Positions 46,613 to 62,951 of a stretch of DNA of 64,000 nt are shown piece by piece. Every line of letters begins with the position of its first letter. Within the stretch, counting starts at the first letter, position 1. A program made the position numbers and the translations under genes. The DNA lies in NCBI RefSeq assembly GCF_009914755.1, contig NC_060945.1. One strand, given 5' to 3'. This stretch comes from the human T2T-CHM13v2.0 reference genome, Homo sapiens. Below the pieces are notes generated by a model that was not told where the DNA came from, did not search any database, and saw nothing but the letters and a program-made list of their open reading frames with translations.

Positions 46613-48067
46613 AAGATTAATGTTTGAACAAATGGATTTGAACTACTAAACGCCCTAAAGGTATCGATCATATTTACAAACCTAATAAATGAGGTTCCCT
46701 TAAACACGTTAAACTGCATTGCAAATTCATTACTGTCTTCTAAAATTATTGTAAATGGTTCCAAGAAGCAATAACACCTCCAGTACTAAAGTCACTCCAC
46801 TAAATCCAACAAGTAGAGTTTGAACAGGTGAATGTCCACGCCCTGGACTGTCCCAACATTGTGCAAAAGCTCAGTAAAATGCTCTTATATTTTCCACCCA
46901 AAATCACAGGCTAAAAACAATTGCTCAGTGACATGATTTAAACCCAAATCACAAGGCTAATTCAATGTGTTTTTCCTCTAATGTGCCAATTTCTCTTAAT
47001 ATTTCAGACACTTTAAATACCAAACATGCCCAGTATTTTTATTCTAGACTTAATTCTCCCCATACTGATATTTGTGGTTGACTTACTCCATCATTCTGAT
47101 GTTTAGTTCTAAGCCTTCCTCATGTTAAAAGACTCTTGCCAGCTAAGAAAAAAAAATGCTGCCTTCCCAGGCAGATGGGGGTTCCCGTCCCCTCCTGAAG
47201 TTGCTAGTAAGTGGGTACTTTTAACTTGGACACAGGTCTCTCTCTCCCTGATACACCCGCAGCTGTGTTGAGCCCTTTTTAGGGTCAAAATGGCAACCGG
47301 TGACCAGGACCCCAGACCCTCTGTATTTTCCTCATGCCCCAGTTCCACCTGGATGGAGCCTGCCCTCCCACTCCTGAGACTAAGGTGTGGCACCACACGT
47401 GAATGCACAGGGAACAGGCAGTGTCCACACAGCTCCTTCAGGAGCAGGCGCCTGTCCTCTTTTCCTTTCCTGACTTCTTCCAGCTGGAGCTGTACCCATG
47501 CCTGGGGCCACAGGACGGAGGCCACAAGCCCACCAGAGAGGGCCACAGCGCGGGTGGAGTTAGAGTGGCTTCCCTCTGGACCTCGAACATTCTGACAGCT
47601 TTGTCTGGCTGCACATTTACAACACTAAAGTTGTGTGGACTGCAAGACCAATGGGCTGGAAACCCAAAGCAAATGCATTCCAAGGGAGGGTGATGTCTCC
47701 GTGGATGTGTGAAGCTGAAGATAAGGCACAGCAGCAGGGTGGCAGGAAGAGCAGAGAAGTGTTCATGGCTCAAGATGGCCAGTGACCAGCTGGGCCCCGG
47801 GGGAGGCAGAGGGAAGCAAAGCGCAGACCCGTGTCCCGTGTCCGGAGGCAGCTGCTGCACCCAGACGTCCCTGTCCCTCCTGGGACCAAAAGTGTCTCCT
47901 AGCTGTGAGTGGGAGCTCAACATAACTCCACAAGATGAAACCTGCATTGGGGCACCAGAATGACTCATGTATGGGACTTGCCGTTATTATGTCATCTTTT
48001 ATCTAATTCAGCCAAAATCCTGACTTCTTTCCAAAAATGTCTTGGTTTTTTCAAAAGTCCCAAGTTA

Positions 48068-48368
48068 AGCCAGGCGTGGTGGCTTACGCCTGTAATCCCT
48101 ACACTTTAGGAGGCCAAGGCAGTAGGATTATTTGAGCCTAGAAGTTCAACACCAGCCTGGGCAACAAAGTGAGACCCTGTCTCTACCAAAAAAAAAAAAA
48201 AAATAGCCAGGCATGGTGGCACCTGTCTGCAGTCCCAGCTTCTTGGAAGGCTGGGGTGGGAGGATTGCATTGAGCCCAGGAGGCCGAGGCTGCAGTGAAC
48301 CATGATCACACCACTGCACTCCAGCCTGGGCAACAGAGCAAGACTTCATCAAAAAAAAAAAAAAAAAA
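48068..48368 (+). mobile_element. Alu (AluJ-like)
   Basis: Poly(A); TSD AAAAGT(C/A)CCAA(G/A)TTAA. Confidence 0.95.
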
Positions 48369-48856
48369 GTACCAAATTAAAGGACCACATTCAGAAATTG
48401 TTGAAGTAAGATGATTTCAAAATAAAATAAAACATTGTAAACAGTTGAAAACCACCAACAAATGGACACTGATTGAATCGATTAGGGTAAACCTATAAAA
48501 TAGAACATTTTGTAGACATTCAAAATGTTGCGGAAGAATGTTTAATGAGGGAAAGTGTTCATAGTATGTAAAAAAAGGCTTTATTATAGCATAATCCCAA
48601 TTCTATATAAACATTTATTTACAGTTTTTAAAAGCTAAATTTTAAACAACAAAAACAGATTCAGCATTAAAAGATGAATCATAAAATTAAAAACATATAT
48701 TAAAAACAGTTTGAGTCCAACTTCGCCTGACTGATTTCTCATGGTTCCCTCGGTGGCAGCCCCAGGCCGAGTCCGTCAGCCTAGGTTAGACTCTGGCGGG
48801 GCAGAAGGAGAGCTTTGCTTCGGTGTGCTGGGGAGCGAGCTCACTTGGCATAAGCA

Positions 48857-49163
<307 letters not shown>

Positions 49164-49320
49164 TAAGCATTTTAAGCCTCCTGGTGATAGAACTTAGAAG
49201 ATGCTTACTAATTGCACCATCTAGCACTTAGAGGATAAAAGATATTTGATGTGGAGTCTGAAAATCTGGGTTCCAGCCCCCATTCACTGTCCACTGACCC
49301 TGAACAAGAGACAGCCTGCC

Positions 49321-49479
49321 CTGGACTTCCAGGTTGATGGAATGAGCTACGGTACTATTCCTCCCCACTCACAGGGCTACTGGGAGGGTAAAACTGGACT
49401 CGAGGTTGATGGAATGAGCTAAGGGACTGTTCCTCCGCGACTGTTCCTCCGCACTCACAGGGCTACTGGAAGGGTAAAA
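49321..49479. repeat. ~73-bp tandem duplication with an internal 14-bp duplication, in MIR-like sequence
   Basis: AGGTTGATGGAATGAGCTA...CACTCACAGGGCTACTGG(G/A)AGGGTAAAA twice; GACTGTTCCTCCGC x2 at 49425 and 49439. Confidence 0.9.
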
Positions 49480-49929
49480 TGCTCAAGGTGAGTGAAGTAG
49501 CTTGCAGGTGGCAAAGGGCATGTGAAAGTTCTTTGGGACCAGGTTTTCACATTGAGGGACATTTTGGACCTCTGTTATCTCCTCTCCTCTGTCTTCACCT
49601 GCTCTCTAAAACCTGGTTACCTCATGGAAGCCAAGCAGGAATAGCTCGAGACTGCATATAAGCTGCATTGACTGACTTAATCCTGCACCCAGCCTGGTTC
49701 CATCTTCACTTCCAGAGAGGTGGTGTCTGCTGGCTCTGTTCCACGCATCTGTGCCTCCTCCAAGGGCCAGAAGGTCACACAGGGAGCCTGGGAGAGAGGT
49801 TGTTTGTAGGGCAACACCTTTCTTTGGTTTGGTTGTTTAGTTAAACAACACACATCACCATGGTGCGGGCAAAACACAAACACGCTATTCCTCTATTCTA
49901 TTCTCGTCCATTCCCAAGGCCTACAGCCG

Positions 49930-50090
49930 CCCACGAGCAGCCACCAAGGCACGCACCCCCAGGCTCCCGAGCTCAGAAGGGCCTGTGCGTCCGTCAAATC
50001 TCTGCTGCGGACGTCTTGAAATCCTTAATACTTTCTGAACGAGGAGCTCCGCGTTTTCATTTCGCACTGGGCCCTGCAGAGTCTGTCCTG
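49930..50090 (+). mobile_element. MER91-like hAT-Tip100 element
   Basis: GCTCAGAAGGGCC...GTCTTGAAATCCTTAATACTTTCTGAACGAGGAGCTCCGCGTTTTCATTTCGCACTGGGCCCTGCA. Confidence 0.75.
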
Positions 50091-51324
50091 CCTGCCCACT
50101 CCTTCAGCCAAGGTTCCGGCACATCGCAGACTTTGTCTGGGGCTCTGCAGGGCTGAGGCTCATCAACAGGAGAGAACTTTGGAGCAGCAGAAGGAGATAG
50201 TAGAGGAACAGCCAAGCAGGTGGAGGATTAGGTCTGGGACACGGAGAGGGTGTCCCCTCTTCATCCCCAGGTTCTTCCTTCCAAATTGCAGGAAGGGACG
50301 GGTTGCACATACTTGCTGCATGCACTGCGTTGCAAAAGGCCGAGGAGAATGAGGGGGAAACTGCTCCCTGGGATTCTGAACCCCGCCCCCCCTCCCAGTG
50401 GATGGCCAGCTGTATTTCTGAAATGCAACCAGGGGTGAAAAGAGATTGTTCCATGTTTGTCCTCAAATACTTCACAGCAATGTCACATTAATTTTTTTTC
50501 CCTTCCTGAGTTCCGTCTGGTTTGCAGCCAAGGAAAGGAGGCAGAGAGGGCGTGGGCAGCCCACGGGTCCAGCGAAGCATCGCTGTGTCCGAGAGGCCCT
50601 GCCAGCTCGGGGCTCTGGGAAAGAGTATGGACATGCCCTCCCCATGGGCACCATCCCTTCCTCTGCCAGGGAGAACTTCCTCCTGGCTGCTGCTCCTGGC
50701 AATGGCTTATTTCCTCAACACAGTCATTAAAAATCACTCTTAGTAGTTCAAATTTAGAAACAGGAACTGGCATATATCTTATTAATTTCTAAAATAGTAA
50801 GTACAAAACCAAAGAGAAACGGAATTTTTACAACACTTTCTCCTTATTTCCTAACAAGCCCAAATGCAAAACACAAATTTATGAATGGCAAAGGCTTCAA
50901 ATCAAACCTGATGATCTTTGACCTAGGGCACTGCCCATAATTTGCAGATGAAACAAGAGAGGACAGATCGGAGAGGTGGAGTAACTTACCAAAGATCACA
51001 CAGCCAGGGTGAGGATCCAGTTCTTCTAGATCTTGGGCCAGGAGAAAAGGAGAGGGAGCCTGACTCAAGCTACAGTCATTGAGGTCAGAGAACCAAGGGT
51101 CACACCAGACATCACGAAGATCCAACTAGTGGCCGGAGAGAGTCACTGGGGGTGATACCCAGGCCTGTCTCCCAGCCAGCGAGGGAGTCAGGGCCTCCCA
51201 ACAGAGCTAAGCGGTGCCAAGGGACCAGGTCGAGGACAAAAGGTTTATTTGATGTGAGGCATTAGCACCTACTAGCACCTTACTGTAGGGAGTTTTGTTG
51301 CATTTTTTAATTCAAAATATTTTA

Positions 51325-52640
<1,316 letters not shown>

Positions 52641-53574
52641 GTAGATGCTCTGTTTCTACCAAGGCCCAGCAGGCTGCCCAGGGAAGGGGCCCTGTGAATG
52701 GAGTGCAATTCTCTGCTGCACCTGTGCTGGCCTTGCTCCAGGTCTCTAGCCGTCGGCCCTGCAACACCCTCGTTGGTCGTGCTGGAGGCCCCCCCTGACA
52801 TCTTCCTCTTCCTCAACTACCTCTAGGGACAAGGAACCTGCCAAGTCCTATGGTCCTGGCAATAGGGTTGCTTGTGCCAGAGCCTCAACCTGCCACACAT
52901 TTCCTTTCTTTGAGCTCTGCTCAAAGCTAGCAGCCTTCCACTTCGCCTGATTGGTGGGTCAGAGAGGTATTCCAAGGTGCAGCACATGCTGCCTTCAAAA
53001 TCCAAAAAGGCTGCCAAGCACTGTGCTTCCTTCTTAATGGTAGGAGGTGCAAGGTGCAATAGCTTGTACTTTACTTTGGAAGGAATGTTCTGGCAGGTCC
53101 CAAACCATTCTAAAAAATTAACCAATGCAGCTGGCCCCTGAAGCAATACAGAGTTTATCTACTCCCCTTTGGAATGCACATGTCTTGCCAAGGAATTCAG
53201 AATACAGGACTTGTCCCTTCCTGCTCCTTAGGTCTAATCAACATGGGGTTCATATAATGGGCCACTGTGGTGTTCTGCAGACTGTCCGGGTGGTCTGGGT
53301 CACCACCAGCTATATTGCAACAGAGCAGAATTAATGGAGTCCTGGGGAGAGATGGTGCATGTGTATTGTTGTCTATCTCATGTAAATAAAAACTGCCTCT
53401 GATCCTTCTCTCTGGTGGGTATTGAAGCCAGATGGTTACAAATGTCATACCAGAGGCTAGAGTGATCTCTGGCATAGACCCCACACCCAGCCCAACAGCT
53501 GTGATTGGAAGGGTCTACTGTCGCGGACATGACCCACCCAGCTTCGGCAAAGGCTGGGCTGGTGAATTGGATGG

Positions 53575-53936
53575 TGTATTAGTCCGTTTCCATGCTGCTG
53601 ATAAACACATACCCGAAACTGGGCAACTTACAAAAGAAAGAGGTTTAATGGACTTACGGTTCCACGTGGCTTGGGAGGCCTCACAATCATGGCAGAAAGC
53701 AAAGGCACTTCTTACATGGTGGCGGCAACAGAGGGAATGACAGCCAAGGGAAAGGGGTTTCCCCTTATCAAACCATCAGATCTCATGAGACTTATTCACT
53801 ACCACGAGAACAGTATAGGAGAAACCACCCCCGTGATTCGATTATCTCCCACCAGATCCCTCCCACCACATATGGGAATTAAGGGGGTAAAATTCAAGAT
53901 GAGATTTGGGCAGGGACACAGAGCCAAACCATATCA
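53575..53936 (-). mobile_element. THE1 (B-like) solo LTR inserted in ERVL pol
   Basis: TGTATTAGTCCGTTTCCATGCTGCTGATAAA...CCAAACCATATCA; perfect TSD GATGG. Confidence 0.95.
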
Positions 53937-54031
53937 GATGGGAATATGATGACAACCACCATCCCTGTGTTAAATTAAGTTTATACATTGCAAACAATGC
54001 TATTCACTGTCTCATATAAAAATGAAATGTA

Positions 54032-54325
54032 GGCCGGGCGCAATGGCTCACGCCTGTAATCCCAGCACTTTGGGACCCGAGGCAGGTGGATCAAGAGGTC
54101 AGGAGATCGAGACCATCTTGGCTAACATGGTAAAACCCCATCTCTACTAAAAATACAAAAAAATTAACCAGGTGTGGTGGCGGTTGCCTGTAGTCCCAGC
54201 TACTGGGGAGGCAGAGGCAGGAGAATGGTGTCAACCTGGGAGGCGGAGCTTGCAGTGAGCCATGATCACGTCACTGCACTCCAGCCTGGGCGACAGAGCG
54301 AGACTCAGTCTCAAATAAATAAATA

Positions 54326-54368
<43 letters not shown>

Positions 54369-54370
54369 AA
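54032..54370 (+). mobile_element. Alu (AluSc/Y-like) with (TAAA)n tail
   Basis: GAGATCGAGACCATCTTGGCTAAC; TSD AAAAATGAAATGTAG. Confidence 0.95.
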
Positions 54371-54604
54371 ATGAAATGTAGCTCATTCACACTGCCAAAT
54401 CTCTCTCATATTCTCCTTAATATTTGATGATGGCATGATTCCGGTTATTACCTTGACTCATTTTGAAATGATAAATAATATACTTAACTCTCACTTCTTC
54501 TTTCCTCAGTTTTGCACAGTAGCTTGATTCTCCTCCGTGTAAGTTGATCAGCGTTTCCCTCGTGCAATTTACTTCATCTTTTCTCACCTCCAATTGCACC
54601 ATTT

Positions 54605-54995
54605 CTTCCCAGTTTCTTACTGTGGTAACAATACTACCACAAAATTGACCATCTTAACATTGTTAAATGTAGTGTTTAGCAATACTAAATACATTCATAA
54701 TGTCATGTAACAGTCACCCCATCTACCTCCAGAATTCCTCTTTATCTTTTAAAGCTGAAATCGTATATCATTAAATAATTGCTCCCCATTTCCTCCTCCC
54801 CTCTGCCCCTGATCATCACCATTCTACTTCCTGCCTCTATGAATTTGATACCCTAGGTACCTCAGGTAAGTGAAATCGTGCATTATTTGTTTTTCTGTTA
54901 CTGCCTTATTTCACATAGCATAATGTTCTCAAGGTTCATTCATATTGTAACAAATGTCAGAACTTCCTTTTTAAGGCTGAATAAAATTCCATTTT
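54605..54995 (-). mobile_element. L1MA/MB 3' fragment
   Basis: ACCATTCTACTTCCTGCCTCTATGAATTTGA...TAGCATAATGTTCTCAAGGTTCAT. Confidence 0.85.
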
Positions 54996-55004
54996 TAGTA
55001 TATG

Positions 55005-55006
<2 letters not shown>

Positions 55007-55044
<38 letters not shown>
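55007..55044. repeat. (CA)n microsatellite
   Basis: About 19 CA units. Confidence 0.95.
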
Positions 55045-55047
<3 letters not shown>

Positions 55048-55529
55048 TTAAAAAAAAAAAAAAACTTTACCTTCCAGAACCTGAGTTACAACCACTGGGT
55101 GGGTCAGAGGACCCAATGTACCTGCTGTGTGAGATGAGCCGAGAACTGGAAACTTCATGTATTACTTCACCTCATACACCCTCACCCTAGCAAGGAGCCG
55201 TGAAGGCGCTTTGAATCTCTAGATGTCAGAATTAATTCAGACTCTAAATCCAACAGCCCCCAAAAGATCTGGACATGCTCCTTTTCCAGTGGACTACCTG
55301 AAAAATGGCTCCAGGGCCCTCCAGGAAAGGCCTGGGGAATCGCTGCAGCTTTTCTCATGGTGGGATTACGGCATCTCATTGTGGGGACTTGGCTTCTCCA
55401 TTCCATGGGTTCCTGCTCAGGTCTGGAAACTGGCAAAGGACTGTGACTTTCTACCAGTCAAAAGATATTAAGAATGATGGCCACTCATTCTTAAAACCTT
55501 TTGATTTTAAATATTAAATAATACTCTTT

Positions 55530-55667
55530 TTAAAAATGTTATCTTATTTTATAAATAGAGACAAGGTCTTGCTATGTTACCCAGACTGGTCTTGAACTCC
55601 TGGGCTCAAGTGATCCTTCCATCTCCCAAAATGCTGGGGTTACAGGTGTGAGCCACTGCACCTGGCC
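55530..55667 (-). mobile_element. FLAM/AluJ left monomer
   Basis: GGTCTTGAACTCCTGGGCTCAAGTGATCC. Confidence 0.9.
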
Positions 55668-55693
55668 TAAATAGTATTCTTAGTATTAACTGT

Positions 55694-56079
55694 TGTATCA
55701 GTCATTGTTCCACCATTGAAACAGAATCCGTAGGAAATACATGTCGAGAGATTTATTGCAAGGAATCAGCGTGTGCGATGGTGGAGGCCGCCTAGGCAAG
55801 TCAGGAGGCACAGGCTGGAACTCTGGGGCACAGACCAAAGCTGGCATCCCCAAGGGAGCTTTTTCTTTAGGAAAGTCTCATCTCTATTCTTCAAGCCTCT
55901 GAACAGATCAAATGAGGCCCACACAGATTCCCCAGGACAATCTCCCTTACTTAAGGTAAACCAACGATGGACTTTCGTCACGTTCACAAAACACCTTCAC
56001 AGCAGCAACGAGACAACAGTTTGAGTGAATAACCGGGGACTCCAGCCTGGCCGAGCTGGCATGTAAACCCCCCATCACA
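55694..56079 (-). mobile_element. MLT2 (ERVL) LTR
   Basis: GAGATTTATTGCAAGGAAT...CAATCTCCCTTACTTAAGGTAAACC...AAACACCTTCACAGCA...CCATCACA. Confidence 0.85.
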
Positions 56080-56641
56080 CCTGACCATCTCTCTTCTGGG
56101 AGCACTACGTTCTGCCATGCAGCTCTCCAGATTCCTGCAGGCCAGGAGTCTCTGGCTGCCTTTCTGACCTTGCTGTGCAGTACAGGGATCACACTGACCT
56201 TGCTTCTGATGGTTAAGGGTTGAATAGTCTCTGCCAGTCCAGCAGCCCATCACCCCCACTGCTGCCAGGGAGTTAGTTCTGTAACAGCATCTCCTATCAT
56301 CATCCACATTCTAGAGAGAACAGCCTCCACTCCGATTCTTGGTAGTGTTGGTGTCCGCCCACCCCATGGAGTGTCCCCTGGGCCCTTCTAAGGAACCCAG
56401 CTGACAGGTTTTCCAACATTCCCCAGTAGACGCATTCTAGCACAGCCCCTTCCCTGAGCCACTGTCTACCATGCAGGGTGCAACTATTCTTCACTTAATG
56501 TGGACTGTTGGCTTTTCCAAGCTTTTTAGGGCCATCCTAATGGTGCATTGAACTTTCCCAGGGTCCTTCTAAGGTGTCAAATCCTGTGCTACAGTGACAG
56601 CCTTCATGGCAGTAAATTTCTTATCCAGCTTTCTTTTCTGT

Positions 56642-58333
<1,692 letters not shown>

Positions 58334-60324
58334 CTGTTTCCCTGGATCCAAAGCCCTGGAGACTCCCCTTCAGGGATGGTCTTCTGGGTCCTGCTCCAGG
58401 TGTCAGCCAGGCAGTGCTGCGATTTGACCAGACACCCAGAGGTCAGGCCAGGAAGGAGAGGGAGGCAGGTGCTGAGGAAGCCAAGATTTGTCCCACAAGA
58501 CACCGCTATACCAGACCCCTTTCTACCTTTAAGCAGAAGAGAGGGTGAGGGTGAACGGGGGAATCTATCTTTGAACAAGGGGCAGGGGACCACTTTTGCA
58601 AGCCCAGAGAATTAGGTGGAATCTGGCGTTTAAAGACTTCAGATGCACCTGCCCAAGTATTTCCCCCCCAAGGCTTGGGGTCCCCTCCCCGTGTCTCAGA
58701 CCCTTGACTTCAGCCCCAAGACAGCCTGTTTTCCTCTTTGAAGGTGTAGCTGCCCACTTCTAGCCTTTACAACCACTATTCCCATGACCTTCCAGCCACT
58801 GTGCCTCCCTCCACTGCCACCTACCCACTCACCCAGCTGAGGGGAAGCTCCCTGGACACTGGGGCTGAGAATCTTCTCATCCCAGGTGCTGGGACCCTCA
58901 GGGCCACCCAACTGGCAGGGATCCCACCTGGACAGGGTCTCATCTGCAGAGTCTGCTTCCTGGGACCCCTTCCCTAGACCCACAGCCTGAGAGACGGATT
59001 CTCATGGCCAGTCTATTGAAAAGATGAGTGGCAATGGGAGGGGGCCTTGAGCAAGCCGGGGGCTGTGGGGAAGGAAAGAGCCGAGACAGCCTCTGCGTGT
59101 GGTCACACCACTGCGTTGCCCCTCGCTGAGGAAAGGGGCTGTGGCTGTACCCCACATCAGGCAGTGAGGCCCTGGTTGTAGGCTGGGAGTAAGTGGTCAC
59201 TTCTGGAGGCTGCCATTAGGCCCAGAACACTGCTCCAGGTACAGGGATCCGGGTGGGGCCACCTCGGCACGCACCTGCCCTCATGTGGGCAGCCCTGATT
59301 CCTGGGACAGGGCTGAGGTTCAGCTTTACGGCAGTTGGAGGAGCTGCCCCCCTCTGCCCCCACTCCCCACCAGCTATTGCAAAGCTGAACGCCTACAGGG
59401 CCAGGCAGGAAGTACAGAGTGCGCCAGCCCCCGGGGACTCTGTGAACTGCAGTGTGAGCAACTCCCCTACACTGGGAAGGCTTGGCCCAGGGCACTGGAC
59501 TGGTCAGATCCGGCTGACTCACAGGTCACCAGTCTGCAACCTTTGCCAAACACTCTCACTCCATCCCGCTACCCGGAGCCAGTTGGCATCACCTTGGCCA
59601 TGCCAACATTCCAGGGTAGAAGTTAGCATTTCCAAACCCAGTTCATCGGCAGAATTGCTTGAGACACTTTCTTTAGACTGTCTGGATTTTCTTCTCTTTT
59701 TTTTTCTGGAATTTTTTAAATTTCAGAAGTAACGCATAGTTGATTTCAGAAGGTCAAGCGTGAAGGAAGAAGCAGCTACGGGAACATTTTGCAGCTGAAA
59801 GCCTGTCCCCCACAACCTCTGTAGGGCAGCTGCAGATGCCTCACACAAGTCAGTCCATTCCGAAGCAGGACTTTTGGGATGCGGCCGTGCTCTTGGATGG
59901 TCCACTCAGTGCTCTCTCTCACCCTCTCCAGGATGTGCTGAGAAATGGTAGCCTTGGGAGACACCCACTGTGAGGACCTGTGGCTCTAGAGCCAGGTGCT
60001 CTGAAGGAAAACAGCAGAAAGGGATGCAAGAGTGGCACGGGCTGGGTGGGCACGGCCGTCCCTTTGGGGCTGCCTCTTTAGGAGGTGGGAGAGGGCTGAG
60101 GCCAGCGGGGAGAAGGAGTCAGCTTCACCCACGGTGCTGGGAAGGGCAGAGGGAACAGCACGGTGCAGCCAGGCAGGGATCCCCAACGTCACTGTCAGGT
60201 GTGAGCCCCAAGGTGCCCAATGTCACACTGCTGGGAACTGAGCCTCCACAGGCCCTTCTCTAAACCTGCATCCTTCTCTGTTGCACTGGAGATCCAGGAG
60301 ATGAAGATAATTAGTATTATTAGT

Positions 60325-60489
<165 letters not shown>

Positions 60490-60762
60490 TAGCACCTGAC
60501 ATGTTGGTGCTCACCTCAAATTCTCAACATCCTTATCACGTGGAGACACTGAAGTCACTAAAACATCCCTTGGGGGTGCTTGCCAGGGACTCGGGGGACG
60601 GAGGAAAGGGGGGTTGCTTTACATGGACACAAAGTTGCAGTTTTGCAAGATGAAAAAGTTCTGGAGGTTGTTTGCACACCAGTGTGAATATACTTAGCAC
60701 TACGGAATTGTGCATCTATGATTGGTTAACATAGTACATTTTATTTATGTATATTTACCAAA

Positions 60763-61048
<286 letters not shown>

Positions 61049-61784
61049 ACAGTTTTTTTTAGTTTCTTGGAGAAGTGGGCTGGGGCCTCCTGATCCCATC
61101 TCAGTACCATACTCCATTCCATTCACATCATGAGGATGGATCATATGATGAGGATCCCATCAGATCCTCCTGATCTCAATACCATACTCCATTCCAGCCA
61201 CATCAGTCTAACCCATAAAACAAGGGAGGAGATGGCAGCTCAAATAAGCCAACAAGCCTGAGCTTTTGCACCATCCCCGCAAGGAGGAATGCCATCGTCC
61301 CTTAGGATGCAAAGTTTCTGGGCTCCTACAAAAGCCTCTGTCCCCAGAGGACTCTCTTGGCTTCCCGCCCTTGTGGAGGGTCCCGGGCATCACCCCAGGA
61401 CCTCTGTCAAGAGCCAGGGCTCCCAGGCTCATGGTGGTCCAGTGGCCCCCTGCAGTTGTGGCTGGGACACTCTGCTGCGTGATGCAGCTGGCGTTCGGTG
61501 TTTGTAGCAATGGGGTCAGCCTTGCATGGTCCCTAACCTCCCCTGGGGACTTACAAAGTCTCTGGTCCCACATGGCATCTGAGATCTGCTTCCTAACTGA
61601 GGCAGCTTCAATTTAGCTTCCAGGTTCAGTGGCCCTGCCGTGGGACAGGGGCTCACCTACAACAGTGGGTGGAGCAATCTGCAGCAGGATAGAAGGAGGA
61701 GAAAAAACTAGAAGCTGAGAATGAATGGACCCCAATGCAGCAAAATGCTACTGGTAATTGCATTAACATAGATAATAGCCTGTA

Positions 61785-62160
61785 GTCATTCATTCACTCC
61801 TTTTTTCTTTCTCTCATTCCACAAATATTTATGGGGCTCCTCCCTATGCACAGCACTGTGTTATGCACTGCAGACTTGAAGGTCCATGCATCTGTGATGT
61901 CTACTTCCCTGAAGCTGGCATCCTCCAGGTGGAGACGGACAACACACCAGTACCCAAAATGATGGCAGGTTCTGTGCCGTCAAGAGAGTCAACATGGTGA
62001 GGACGTCGGGTGCAGCTGCTGGGGACGGGGCATGGCAGCCCATCTTTGGGTCCGGTAGTCAGGAAGGCCTCTCGGAAGAGGTGATATTGGATCTGAGATC
62101 CGGAGGGTGAGAGTGATCTTTGGAGGGGCCGCCCATGCTCAGGAAAGAGCAGAGACAATG
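61785..62160 (-). mobile_element. L2 fragment
   Basis: CATTCATTCACTC...AAATATTTATGG...GTCAGGAAGGCCTCTCGGAAGAGGTGATATTGGATCTGAGA. Confidence 0.75.
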
Positions 62161-62218
62161 ATCATGTCATCTAGTATTTCAGCCCCTGTTCATCTAGCTT
62201 GGCTAACAAATCACCTTG

Positions 62219-62574
62219 TGATATATGGTTTGGCTGTGGCCCCACCCAAATCTCATCTTCACTTGTAGCTCCCATAATTCCCACATGTTGTGGGAGGGAC
62301 CTGGTGGGAGATAATTGAGTCATGGGGTTTTCCCCCACACGGTTCTTATGGTAGGGTCTCATGAGATATGATAGTTTTATAAGAGGAAGCCCCTTTCACT
62401 TGGCTCTCTTTCTCTCTCTTCGCTGTCACCATGTAAGACCTGCCTTCACCTTCTGCCAAGACTGTGAGGCCTCCCCAGCCACATGGAACTGTGAGTCCAT
62501 TAAGCCTCTTTTTCTCTATAAATTACCCAGTCTCAGGTGTGTCTTTATCAGCAGCATGAGAACAGACTAACACA
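62219..62574 (+). mobile_element. THE1 solo LTR
   Basis: TGATATATGGTTTGGCTGTGGCCCCACCCAAATCTCATC...CAGCATGAGAACAGACTAACACA; perfect TSD CCTTG. Confidence 0.95.
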
Positions 62575-62646
62575 CCTTGCCAGTGTTTATCCTTAGAGGT
62601 GCATTCCTTTGCACCAGTAACGGAACCATTGATATTTAGAGGATCA

Positions 62647-62951
<305 letters not shown>

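Noticed and set aside
52823-53484. RT-like ORFs as a functional reverse transcriptase or domesticated gene
   Set aside because: Frameshifted, catalytic aspartates are lost, and the region is interrupted by a THE1 LTR.
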